Below, piece by piece: positions 32,062 through 41,210 of a stretch of DNA of 64,000 nt. The notes under the pieces were generated by a model that had not been told where the DNA came from, did no database searches, and worked only from the letters and a program-made list of their open reading frames with translations. This DNA is from Candidatus Planktophila lacus (GTDB lineage: Bacteria; Pseudomonadota; Gammaproteobacteria; Steroidobacterales; Steroidobacteraceae): positions 229 through 64,228 of the forward strand of contig CALQLF020000005.1 in NCBI GenBank assembly GCA_943331345.2. The letters run 5' to 3'. Position 1 is the first letter of the stretch. Every line of letters starts with the position of its first letter. The position numbers were made by a program, and so were the translations under genes.

Positions 32062-33653
32062 GCTTGTAATTCCTTACCGATGACTTTGCGCAGAATCGTG
32101 TCGGCTGGGCAGCTCAGTTTGTCTGCAGTCCAGCAAACAAACTGATCCGGACGGACAAGCACTAGTTGTACGCCGTAGCGTGACAAATGCTGCGATGTCA
32201 ATCCATCTACTACTGCAAAGGGAAGCCTTAAAGCCTCGGCAGCTTGGCGGAAATCCTCGACATCGTGCTGATCTGCCCCAAAACTCAGCAGAGCAAAGCC
32301 GGCGCCCAGCCGCTCATAGACATTGGTTCCATCCACCAAAGATAGTGGCGAAAGATGGTGCCCTGCGCGAGCTGCGTGTTGGTGATCTCCCAAGGCTGTT
32401 GGTTGCGCACCCGAATTTCCACAGACCACCGGTGACCCATCGTAATTCGGTGCAAACGATCCTACTTCTCCTGCGGTGCCCTTGGCGCGCGCGCTCCATG
32501 CGGCCTCGAATGCTTCGCGGTCGCGCTCCGGGTCATGGTTCGCAAGGAACTCGCCATCTACCCGAATGGAAGTCTCGATGAAATCCCTTGCCGTGGATTC
32601 GAACACCGGACGACGCTCGGCGTCATAGCTGTCGAGAAGGCCACCGCCTGCCCAGCCATTCAATTCTGCTGCCAACTTCCAGCCGAGATTACGCGCGTCT
32701 TCGAAACCCGAATTCACGCCATATCCACCATACGGCGGGTGGCTATGTGCGGCATCCCCGGCAATAAACACGTTACCCTTCCGGTAGTGGTCTGCGATGG
32801 CGATTCGCAATTGCCACAACCCACGGTAGTCATACTCGATAGAGAACTTCGTCCCGACCGCCTTGTGAAGATAGGCATCGAAGTCAAAGTTTTCTACCGT
32901 AGTGCCGATTGGGACGGGCGCATGAAAAAACCAGCTATTGCCAAGATTGACGCGCCCGAAAAACAACCAATAGCCGTGAAGCTCCGGGCTCAATACGTTG
33001 TAAAACGATTTGCCGGGATACCGCGCCAGCAACTCATGCAACTCAGTGGAGCGGAATACCAAAAGCGCCATAAGCCGATTGTGGTCGCGGCTGGTCTGAG
33101 TCATACCGGCTCGCTCGCGCACTGTCGAAGTACTACCATCGCAGCCTACTACGAAACGGCCTGACAACCACTTCGTTGCTCGTGTCTCCCTGTTCTCTAC
33201 TTTCACTGAAACACCGGCAACGCCGTCTTGCAGGTCAGTTACCGCGTAGCCATAGAGAAACTCAACGGTCGTCAGCTCGGCGGCGCGCTTGCGTAGTACG
33301 GCCTCAGTGGCGTACTGCGGCAAACGCTCGTTGTCCGTGAAGTAGTACGGTCGAACGATTTCGCGTTGCAACCAATCGTAATGATAATCACCAAGCAAGG
33401 TTCCGTATGAGGTCATACCACCAATTCCGTATTCCTTAGGAATGGTACGTGCGGCGCGCAGTTCTTTTTCGGCACCCCACGCATAAAAATGCTCCATGGT
33501 TCGCTGAGTGAGATTCTGCCCCTTCGGAATCGGTTGGGGCTCGAGATACTTCTCGACCACGACGACTCGGATACCGCGTTGTCCCAGTTCAATCGCCAAA
33601 CCCATGCCAACGGGCCCGCCGCCGACGATGATCACCTGCTGCTCGAAACTCAT
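32058..33653 (-). CDS. FAD-dependent aromatic-ring monooxygenase (PheA/TfdB/MhpA-like)
   Basis: 531 aa with VIIVGGGPVGMGLAIELGQRG (GxGxxG), GDAAHSHPPYGGYGVNSGFEDARNLGWKL, and a thioredoxin-like C-terminal extension. Confidence 0.85.
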   Translation of the reverse strand: MSFEQQVIIVGGGPVGMGLAIELGQRGIRVVVVEKYLEPQPIPKGQNLTQRTMEHFYAWGAEKELRAARTIPKEYGIGGMTSYGTLLGDYHYDWLQREIVRPYYFTDNERLPQYATEAVLRKRAAELTTVEFLYGYAVTDLQDGVAGVSVKVENRETRATKWLSGRFVVGCDGSTSTVRERAGMTQTSRDHNRLMALLVFRSTELHELLARYPGKSFYNVLSPELHGYWLFFGRVNLGNSWFFHAPVPIGTTVENFDFDAYLHKAVGTKFSIEYDYRGLWQLRIAIADHYRKGNVFIAGDAAHSHPPYGGYGVNSGFEDARNLGWKLAAELNGWAGGGLLDSYDAERRPVFESTARDFIETSIRVDGEFLANHDPERDREAFEAAWSARAKGTAGEVGSFAPNYDGSPVVCGNSGAQPTALGDHQHAARAGHHLSPLSLVDGTNVYERLGAGFALLSFGADQHDVEDFRQAAEALRLPFAVVDGLTSQHLSRYGVQLVLVRPDQFVCWTADKLSCPADTILRKVIGKELQA

Positions 33654-35452
33654 TTTTCCTGCCTCATTGGGGACCGTGGCTTGGTAGAGCGACCCCCGCT
33701 ATTGACTGTCGTTACACCGCCGGGAGGGCGCCATTCGAAATGGGTACGGACGTTGCTCCAGTCCGACGGAAAGTACGGAATCGGGACTACGCCCTGCCGA
33801 GCGGCCCACTCGTTCCAGCGCGAAACCATCGCCGCGAGGATTGCCGGCTTCTGCGCCGCTAGGTCGTGCTGTTCGGCCGGGTCTTTGGCGATATCGAATA
33901 GGGCCCATTGTTCGTTCGGTCCCCAGGGTGGGTTTTGCCACACGATCTTCCAATTACCCATTCGCCCCGCCCTGCGCGCCCAGAGCTCCCATCCGAAGAA
34001 CTCTTCCACCGGGTGCAGTTCTCCGACTGATTGGGCTTCGAAGGCAGGTCGAAGGCTTCTGCCTTCCAAAGGCTCGATGGGTCTACCCTCAAATTGACTT
34101 TGCGGAACGTCGAGTCCAGCGTAATCCAGCAACGTCGGCACTATGTCGAGAACATGGGTAAATGCGCCATTCAGCGAGCCACTACGTCGGATACCAGGGC
34201 CGCTGGCGATGAACGGTACGCGCGTCCCACCTTCCGTAGCGAAGCCCTTATCAAGACGGAACGGCGTATTGCTCACATGAGCCCATTGGGGTCCGTACCA
34301 CACGTGCGAGCCCGGCTTACCCATCTTTTCAAAGCTCAGTTCACGTTCACGCTCGGCCCATCGGTACCAATCACGCCCCCCGAAATCCAGTGGATTCCCT
34401 CCGTCCGCCCCGTTGTCAGACATGAACACGACAATCGTATTGCGAAGTTGACCGCTCGCCCGCAACGCTGCAATGACGCGGCCTACCTCCCGGTCGAGCG
34501 AGCCGATCATCGCGGCGTAGATTTCCATCCGCCGCTCTTCGAGTTGTCTGATGTCCGCGGGTAATGCAGACCAAGCTGGCCAATCGGAGTCAAACGGCGC
34601 CGCGGTTGTCGCATCTCCAACGACACCTAGGCGACGTTGCTGCGCGAGACGTGCAGCGCGAATTTCTTCATAGCCTTTAGCGTAACGACCACGCTGTCGG
34701 TCAATGTCGTCAGTAGGCGCTTGCAGCGGCCAATGCGGTGCCGTGAACGTGAGCAGGGCAAAAAAAGGCTTTGACCGATCGCCCGCGGCAAGGAACCCAA
34801 TCATCTTGTCCGTGAAAGTTCGGGAACTATAGAAATTCTTCGGTAACTCAACCTCTTGGCCGTTTTCGACATACTTGACGGTCGGTATATCTGGGAACAC
34901 CCCGCGTCGATCAAAATGGGAGGCGGCGCCTTGAATAAGGGCGAAGTGCTGTTGGAATCCTCTGGCAGCGGGGCGATAGGCGACATCACGGGCCCCGCCC
35001 ATATCCCATTTTCCCGACAGCATGGTTTGGTAGCCAGCCCCCGCCAACATCTCGGCGATCGTAGCCACACGATAGGTGAGGACTGCCTCGTAACCGCGTT
35101 TTCCCTCAGTCTCCGGCGTCCAGTCACCTGCCATCGTCCCGAAGCCAGCGTTGTGTGGAGAAGCCCCTGTCAGCAACGCTGCCCTAGTCGGCGAGCAGGC
35201 GGCGTAAGTATGAAAATTGGTCAAACGAATACCCGACCGAGCGAGGCGATCTAGGTTCGGAGTAGCGATTTCTGAGCCGAAGGCGCCAAGATCGGAATAG
35301 CCCATATCGTCGGCGACAATGACCAAAAAATTTGGTCGGCCTGCGGGAGTGGATTGACTAGATGGCGTGGAGGCCCGCGTGTAGTCGATCGACAAAGCAA
35401 ACAGAACGAGCATGCAAGCGATGCTTCGGACCGATGACCGCAAAATGCACAC
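33650..35452 (-). CDS. arylsulfatase (formylglycine-dependent sulfatase family), exported
   Basis: 600 aa with a signal peptide, NFLVIVADDMGYSDLG, and the CSPTRAALLTG formylglycine motif. Confidence 0.9.
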   Translation of the reverse strand: MCILRSSVRSIACMLVLFALSIDYTRASTPSSQSTPAGRPNFLVIVADDMGYSDLGAFGSEIATPNLDRLARSGIRLTNFHTYAACSPTRAALLTGASPHNAGFGTMAGDWTPETEGKRGYEAVLTYRVATIAEMLAGAGYQTMLSGKWDMGGARDVAYRPAARGFQQHFALIQGAASHFDRRGVFPDIPTVKYVENGQEVELPKNFYSSRTFTDKMIGFLAAGDRSKPFFALLTFTAPHWPLQAPTDDIDRQRGRYAKGYEEIRAARLAQQRRLGVVGDATTAAPFDSDWPAWSALPADIRQLEERRMEIYAAMIGSLDREVGRVIAALRASGQLRNTIVVFMSDNGADGGNPLDFGGRDWYRWAERERELSFEKMGKPGSHVWYGPQWAHVSNTPFRLDKGFATEGGTRVPFIASGPGIRRSGSLNGAFTHVLDIVPTLLDYAGLDVPQSQFEGRPIEPLEGRSLRPAFEAQSVGELHPVEEFFGWELWARRAGRMGNWKIVWQNPPWGPNEQWALFDIAKDPAEQHDLAAQKPAILAAMVSRWNEWAARQGVVPIPYFPSDWSNVRTHFEWRPPGGVTTVNSGGRSTKPRSPMRQEK

Positions 35453-35455
35453 TAT

Positions 35456-36271
35456 CTATGCTCCGACCGCAGCCAGCGCTTCATCAACACGAGAATGCCA
35501 CGCAAGCACATCAGTCATTTCCTCGATGTCAGTGAACACGAAGAACTTTTCCTGCTCTATCGCTCCGGCAACCAGCTCTCCCGCTTCGGCCGGATCCATA
35601 GCGCGCCGCATGGCTGCCAGCACACCGGGGCTCGGCTCCCGGGTGGTCGGTCCGCCATGCTTCGCACTACGGTATGTACTGGACCACGGTAGATTTGTAC
35701 GAACGTATCCCGGGCAGAGCACTGTCACGCCCACGCCCGAACCAATCAGATCTTGTCGCATGCCTTCTGAGAGGAAAGTGACTGCCGCCTTGGTAGCTCC
35801 ATACAATCCGTGATGTATTCCGGAAGGAAGAGCCAGGCCGGACATCGATGAAACATTCACAACCCAACCACTGCGCCGCTCTACCATTCCCGGAACAACG
35901 GCTTTGATGCCATTCAAGACACCTTTGAGGTTCACGTCCAGAACCCAGTCAATGTCGTTGTCCGGTGTCTGATGTAGTGGAACACCGGAATATCCAACGC
36001 CGGCGTTGTTAATCAACACCTCAATGAGCCCGAGATCCCGCTCGATATAGCTAACGACACCGCCGAATGCCGGACGATCACTGACATCAAGAGGATAGGT
36101 AAGCACGCGGCCCCGATACCCGGAGAAGTAGGCGCGGGTTTCCTCGAGGGCCTCGGGTCTGACATCGGTTATCGCCACCCTTGCCCCTCTGGAGAGCAGT
36201 ACCCCGGCAATGCCGCGACCAATGCCGCTCGCACCGCCTGTCACCAAGGCGACCCGGTCTGAGAGATTCAT
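35456..36271 (-). CDS. SDR family oxidoreductase
   Basis: 271 aa with VALVTGGASGIGRG, NNAG, and YGATKAAV (YxxxK). Confidence 0.85.
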   Translation of the reverse strand: MNLSDRVALVTGGASGIGRGIAGVLLSRGARVAITDVRPEALEETRAYFSGYRGRVLTYPLDVSDRPAFGGVVSYIERDLGLIEVLINNAGVGYSGVPLHQTPDNDIDWVLDVNLKGVLNGIKAVVPGMVERRSGWVVNVSSMSGLALPSGIHHGLYGATKAAVTFLSEGMRQDLIGSGVGVTVLCPGYVRTNLPWSSTYRSAKHGGPTTREPSPGVLAAMRRAMDPAEAGELVAGAIEQEKFFVFTDIEEMTDVLAWHSRVDEALAAVGA

Positions 36272-36295
36272 GCAACCTCAACCCAGTTCACCGAG

Positions 36296-36736
36296 TTATC
36301 CCCCCATGAGCTCAATGGAGAATCCATGTGAATCTCGCAGGTAAGTGGCGCGACGTCCCGCATGCGGCCCGTGCTGAATGGTAGGCATAGCGGTCTCCGC
36401 CACAAAACCGAAGCGAGCGGCAGCGTCGGCGACGGAAGCGACGTTCTCCACCAAGAAAGATAGATGTGCAAATCCGATGTCGCACGGCCGAGGCGCGTTC
36501 GCGGTACCACTTACCGGTGAGTAATACTGCAGCAACTCGATGACGTGCCCCGGTGCATTCACGTAGACGACATCCGCCGCAGCGGCTTGCACCCCGATGA
36601 TGCGTGATAGCGTTTCGGAAGGTGGAGAGCGGGGCTCAGTCACTTCGAAGCCGAGACATTCGCGGAAGAACGCCGCGAGTCGCCGAACATCCGCGACCGT
36701 AAAGCCGGTATGCAGGGTACTCACCACACTCGTCAT
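36296..36736 (-). CDS. VOC (glyoxalase/extradiol dioxygenase-fold) family protein
   Basis: From the ATG at 36736. LHTGFTVADVRRLAAFFRECLGFEV and FAHLSFLVENV are VOC-like beta-alpha-beta-beta-beta modules. Confidence 0.7.
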   Translation of the reverse strand: MTSVVSTLHTGFTVADVRRLAAFFRECLGFEVTEPRSPPSETLSRIIGVQAAAADVVYVNAPGHVIELLQYYSPVSGTANAPRPCDIGFAHLSFLVENVASVADAAARFGFVAETAMPTIQHGPHAGRRATYLRDSHGFSIELMGG

Positions 36737-36782
36737 GTTCGGTATCCTCTGGCTGCTATCCGTCGCATGCATACGCCACCAA

Positions 36783-37022
36783 TCACGACTGTTCCGCAAC
36801 ACCTACTACTTGGCCTACTGCTGCGTTCTCACCCTCCGGAACCTTGATTTCGATCAGTTTCCCGTCGAATAACGCTTCAACCTCAAAAGTCACCTTGTCC
36901 GTCTCGATGTCGTAGATGGTTTCACCGGTGACAAAGCTTTCTCCGGGCTGCTTGCGCCAGGTCAAAATCATCGCTTCTTCCATGTTCATGCCGACACGGA
37001 CCAGAATGAGGTCGATGTTCAT
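36783..37022 (-). CDS. stand-alone lipoyl-attachment domain protein (79 aa)
   Basis: The ATG at 37022 forms an ATGA overlap with the E1-beta stop. The lipoyl-lysine motif DIETDKVTFEVEA sits inside a single biotin/lipoyl hybrid-barrel-sized protein. Confidence 0.75.
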   Translation of the reverse strand: MNIDLILVRVGMNMEEAMILTWRKQPGESFVTGETIYDIETDKVTFEVEALFDGKLIEIKVPEGENAAVGQVVGVAEQS

Positions 37023-38008
37023 GGGGCCTCCAGTTGGGCGTCGCCAAAGATAGCGGATACCGCCGCGACGACCTTTGCTGCGTCGGGTAGCAATGCCTTC
37101 TCGAGCCCTGGCGCATACGGCAGCGAGGTGTCGGGAACAGTCACACGTCTGACGGGTGACTTTAGGAAATGGAAACCACGATCGGCGACCACTGCAGCGA
37201 TGTGGCTTGCCGCGCTGCACCGGTCGCGACTTTCATCCACCACTACCAGACGGCCTGTCTTGGCAACGGATTCGAGAATGGCATCCTCGTCGAGTGGAAC
37301 GAGCGTTCTAGGATCAACCACCTCCGCCTCGATACCACGCGCCCTCAGCGTCTCGGCGGCGCCAAGGGCATGGCTCACGGTCGCGCCAATAGCCACAATA
37401 GTGACGTCACTGCCAACACGGTGCACCACCGCTTTTCCGAAAGGCACTAAGTGATCACCTTCCGGTACCTCACCCATCGTTGCACCGCGCAAACGCGGAA
37501 TTAGAAAGACTGTAGGGTTTTCCCCGCGCAGAGCAGTTTTAAGCAAGCCTTTGGCATCTGCCGGGGTTGAAGGTACCGCGACTTGAACCCCGCCGAGATT
37601 CATCAAGAGCGGGTACGGCGTATCCGAATGTTGTGCTGCGGTAGAAGTTCCACCGCCGATCGCCGCGACAAACGTCGCCGGTATCCGTGCTTGGCCGCCC
37701 GTCATCAGACGTAGTTTGGCCGCCTGGTTGGCGATAGCGTCGAAACCGGTGTAAAGAAAATTGGAAAACATCATGTGGCAAATAACCGGATTTCCGGCCA
37801 TCGCGGCCCCGACTGCCATACCAGTAAGGGCAGCTTCTGAGATTGGCGTGTTGCGCACACGAGAAGCCCCGAACCGCCCATGAAGCCCTCGAGTGTCGCC
37901 AAAGATGCTTAACTCAACGTCCTCACCATAGAGCACTAGACGCGAATTCCGGTCCATCTCCTCGATATATGCCTCATTGATGGCCTGAGTTAGCCGCTTC
38001 TTAGCCAC
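37019..38008 (-). CDS. 2-oxoacid dehydrogenase E1 component beta subunit (acetoin/pyruvate DH-like)
   Basis: 329 aa with YGEDV, RVRNTPISEAALTGMAVGAAMAG, and a transketolase C-terminal-like region. Confidence 0.9.
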   Translation of the reverse strand: MAKKRLTQAINEAYIEEMDRNSRLVLYGEDVELSIFGDTRGLHGRFGASRVRNTPISEAALTGMAVGAAMAGNPVICHMMFSNFLYTGFDAIANQAAKLRLMTGGQARIPATFVAAIGGGTSTAAQHSDTPYPLLMNLGGVQVAVPSTPADAKGLLKTALRGENPTVFLIPRLRGATMGEVPEGDHLVPFGKAVVHRVGSDVTIVAIGATVSHALGAAETLRARGIEAEVVDPRTLVPLDEDAILESVAKTGRLVVVDESRDRCSAASHIAAVVADRGFHFLKSPVRRVTVPDTSLPYAPGLEKALLPDAAKVVAAVSAIFGDAQLEAP

Positions 38009-39030
38009 TACCGACTCCCTAGCTCTGCGGATCTTATGAAGCCCGCGGCTTCGACATAGCTCATATCAGGTACTTCACTGGCTTCGGCAAACCGTACAGC
38101 TTCGGCGACCTCCAACATGACGGCCGAGTCAATCTGCGCCAGTCCATCTTCTGCGAGATACCCTTGAGCCAACAGACGAGCCGCAACAGCTGGGATGGGG
38201 TCACGTTTTGCCCACGAGGCCACTTCCTCGTCAGTGCGGTACTTGGTTTGAATGAACCCGGCCTCAGCCTCGAGATGCCCGCGGAGGCGGTAGGTCCTCG
38301 CCTCGATGAAAGATGGCCCAAGACCTTGTCTCGCACGACTGACCGCTTCTCCGGCAGCCGCCCAAACGGCAACTACGTCATTACCGTCGATGCTAGTTGT
38401 TGGAATTCCGTAAGGGCGTGGTCGATCGACAAGGCTACCGGCAGTAACCGTGGCGCTTGGAGAGAATTCAGAGTAGAGGTTGTTTTCACACACAAAGACG
38501 AGTGGCAGTTTCCACAACGCGGCGATGTTGAATACTTCGCTTAGTACTCCTTCGCTAGCTGCACCATCGCCGAAGAAAACCACGGCGACTTGTCCGCGTC
38601 CTTGCAGTTGCGCCGACAGTGCAGCGCCAGCGGCTATCGCCATGCCGCCACCGACAATTCCGTTGGCGCCGAGCATTCCTTTAGAGAGATCGGCCACGTG
38701 CATGGATCCGGCAAGCCCATGGCACGCACCGGTGCGCTTTCCATGCACTTCAGCGATTAATTCGCGCGGCTTCCCTCCTTTTGCAAGAAAGTGCCCATGC
38801 CCACGGTGAGTACTCGTAATAAAGTCATCATCGCCCAGATGCGCGCAAACTCCGGCTGCAACTGCTTCCTGGCCGATGTAGAGATGGACGTTACCGGGGA
38901 GCTTGCCGGCTTTCGAGTCCATCCCAAGCTGTTCTTCGGTACGGCGAATAGTGACCATGACATTAAGCATCGCCAGCAACTGTGCGGGGCTTGGCTCATT
39001 GACAAGTCTGTCGGTCAGAACTTCATTCAT
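38008..39030 (-). CDS. 2-oxoacid dehydrogenase E1 component alpha subunit (ThDP-binding)
   Basis: 340 aa with YIGQEAVAAGV, STHRGHGHFLAKG, and GDGAASEG...NN (ThDP motif). Confidence 0.9.
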   Translation of the reverse strand: MNEVLTDRLVNEPSPAQLLAMLNVMVTIRRTEEQLGMDSKAGKLPGNVHLYIGQEAVAAGVCAHLGDDDFITSTHRGHGHFLAKGGKPRELIAEVHGKRTGACHGLAGSMHVADLSKGMLGANGIVGGGMAIAAGAALSAQLQGRGQVAVVFFGDGAASEGVLSEVFNIAALWKLPLVFVCENNLYSEFSPSATVTAGSLVDRPRPYGIPTTSIDGNDVVAVWAAAGEAVSRARQGLGPSFIEARTYRLRGHLEAEAGFIQTKYRTDEEVASWAKRDPIPAVAARLLAQGYLAEDGLAQIDSAVMLEVAEAVRFAEASEVPDMSYVEAAGFIRSAELGSR

Positions 39031-39055
39031 CAGCGTCGGTTCTCGTGAAGTGGGA

Positions 39056-39835
39056 TCATGGATTGCCAGCGACCGCCGCAGGATCCAAGGATCCCGGACT
39101 CGGTTCCAACAAAGATTCAGGATTCGCGAGTTGCTGCATCAGCGCTTGCAGGAACTGGGCGCCGTTCACGCCATCCACCACTCGGTGATCAGCCGACAGG
39201 GTTGCTGTCATCACCGTTGCAATGGAAAGTTCGTTACTGCGTACTACTGGTCGTGGCGCAGCCTGCCCCAACGCGAGTATTCCGGCCTGTGGAGGGTTAA
39301 GGATGGCAACGAATTCACGAACTCCGAACATGCCAAGGTTCGATACAGTGAAAGTGGCTCCGCGGTAATCGTCCGGAATGAGCTTATTGGTGCGCGCGCG
39401 CGCTGCCAGGGTGCGCATCTCTTGCCCCAGTGTTAACAAATCTTTGCGGTCCGCCTCCCGCAGAACCGGGACTACCAAGCCGCCAGGCAACGCAACGGCG
39501 ACGCCGATGTTGGCGTACTCAAACATTCGGAGACGATTACCATCAATCCGGGCGTTGAGCGAAGGCACCTCGCGCAGTGCCCGCGCGGTCGCAGCGACTA
39601 CGCAGTCGTTTACCGAGGGCACTTCTATAGAGTTTTCTCGCTTCAATCGCTCGCGCAACTGCAACACGGGGTCAATATCGATGTCTACGGAGAGGTAGAA
39701 GTGCGGGGCATTCTGCTTCGACTCCTGGAGCCGAGCGCCGATGACGCGCCGCATCGTGCTCAATGGCACCGTCGCAGAGGGTGGGTCTAGCGGGTCCGCC
39801 GGCCCGGCATCGTTGTTGGCAGTGGGCGTGGCCAT
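39056..39835 (-). CDS. 2-oxoacid dehydrogenase E2 acyltransferase, catalytic domain only
   Basis: The start is taken at the ATG at 39835 (MATPTANN). About 230 aa of catalytic domain with the active-site motif SADHRVVDG. There is no lipoyl or subunit-binding domain upstream, because the ORF cannot extend beyond 39874. Confidence 0.8.
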   Translation of the reverse strand: MATPTANNDAGPADPLDPPSATVPLSTMRRVIGARLQESKQNAPHFYLSVDIDIDPVLQLRERLKRENSIEVPSVNDCVVAATARALREVPSLNARIDGNRLRMFEYANIGVAVALPGGLVVPVLREADRKDLLTLGQEMRTLAARARTNKLIPDDYRGATFTVSNLGMFGVREFVAILNPPQAGILALGQAAPRPVVRSNELSIATVMTATLSADHRVVDGVNGAQFLQALMQQLANPESLLEPSPGSLDPAAVAGNP

Positions 39836-39863
39836 CGACGTACTCTCGCGGCGACAATAAAAA

Positions 39864-39874
39864 TTGTAGTACAA
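39864..39874. promoter_or_regulatory. GntR/FadR-type box TTGTAGTACAA
   Basis: Perfect t-n-GT-N3-AC-n-a palindrome, 29-39 nt upstream of the E2 gene start. Confidence 0.45.
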
Positions 39875-39948
39875 AAAAAGCGCGAATTTTAGAATTCTCG
39901 CATTTCCAATGCATCGAAAGCCCTATAGGGCGGACGATATACGTCTAA

Positions 39949-39959
39949 GTGTACAACAA
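39949..39959. promoter_or_regulatory. GntR/FadR-type box GTGTACAACAA
   Basis: Second copy in the same A/T-rich intergenic region. Confidence 0.4.
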
Positions 39960-40034
39960 AAATTTAAAAACGCTACGGCTCTCGCTGCGAATGACTTTGC
40001 CCGAGTCCATGGCCAAACGACTCGCGGGCGCTGC

Positions 40035-41132
40035 TCAAGGCATGACAAGTACAGCCTTCAGCGCAGTTCCTGAGCGGATGTCCGCAATGGCCTGATTGAT
40101 TGCTGCAAATGGGTAGCTGGTCACCAGGTTTTCTATTGGAAAGCGGCCTGCGGCATGGCTCTCCAACAAGCGGGGCAAGAACTCCCGGGGACGAGCAGAA
40201 CCCTGAATGATGCAGGTGAGCGTACCTGCGCGTTCAAACAGAGGCTGCAGGGATAGTCGGTAGTCCTGACCCCAGTCAGGGATGGTGACAAGGCCCAAAC
40301 GCCCCCCAGTAGCCAACATATCCATCGCCTGTCGAATAGCGACATCTCGACCCGAGGTGTCGAATGCGACGTGTACACCTTCCCGAGTGATCGCCCTGAC
40401 GCGAGCCGGTACTTCGCCATCTCGGGGGTCCAGCACATGCGTCGCACCGACGGCAAGCGCGGCCTCGAGTCGATTGGACTTCATATCGACCGCAATGACC
40501 ACGGCGGCACCGGCAAGACGCGCGCCCATCACCGCAGCAAGCCCTACCGCGCCCACACCAAAAACGAGCACGCTCTCTCCGGGACGAACGGCTAGCGAAT
40601 TGAGCATGGCCCCGGCACCTGTCTGCATCCCGCACGGAAGCGCGGCAAGCAGGGCCGGCGACAAGCGGGAGTCGACCGGGACTACATCGCGGGCCGGCGC
40701 TATCGCGTGGGTAGCAAAAGACGACTGCTGAAAGAATGCACTACCGATAGGCTGCCCGGCCAGTCGGATAGGACTGGAGCCATCAGGACGGCTCCCGGCA
40801 AACGCGAGCGCCATATGTTCGGTACAGTGATAAGGACGGTTATCTACGCAACTATTGCACTGGCCACACCACGGGTACGAAACCAGCACCCGCTGTCCGG
40901 GGCGAATGTCATCGACCTCGGCCCCCACTGCCTCAACAATTCCCACGCCTTCGTGGCCAAGAACACAGGGCGCGTCCAGCATCTCCATGGCTTCGAGGTC
41001 GGTAAAACATACGCCACATGCCTCTATCCGAACACGCACCTCGTCAGCACGCGGGTCATCTATCTCGACGGGCAAGAGCTCATAAGGTCCATGCTGTGTT
41101 TGCAAAACAGCGGCAGTCGCAACGATCGGCAT
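40035..41132 (-). CDS. zinc-dependent alcohol dehydrogenase (aryl-alcohol dehydrogenase-like)
   Basis: 365 aa with CGVCFTDL, GHEGVGIVEAVG, the structural-zinc Cys cluster CGQCNSCVDNRPYHC, and GVGAVGLAA. Confidence 0.85.
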   Translation of the reverse strand: MPIVATAAVLQTQHGPYELLPVEIDDPRADEVRVRIEACGVCFTDLEAMEMLDAPCVLGHEGVGIVEAVGAEVDDIRPGQRVLVSYPWCGQCNSCVDNRPYHCTEHMALAFAGSRPDGSSPIRLAGQPIGSAFFQQSSFATHAIAPARDVVPVDSRLSPALLAALPCGMQTGAGAMLNSLAVRPGESVLVFGVGAVGLAAVMGARLAGAAVVIAVDMKSNRLEAALAVGATHVLDPRDGEVPARVRAITREGVHVAFDTSGRDVAIRQAMDMLATGGRLGLVTIPDWGQDYRLSLQPLFERAGTLTCIIQGSARPREFLPRLLESHAAGRFPIENLVTSYPFAAINQAIADIRSGTALKAVLVMP

Positions 41133-41210
41133 GAATACTCCTTCATCGGTGGCGCTCGCTAACGCTTGCGCTATCGTGGCTCGACGCCGCCACGCCGGAA
41201 GGACATGGCC

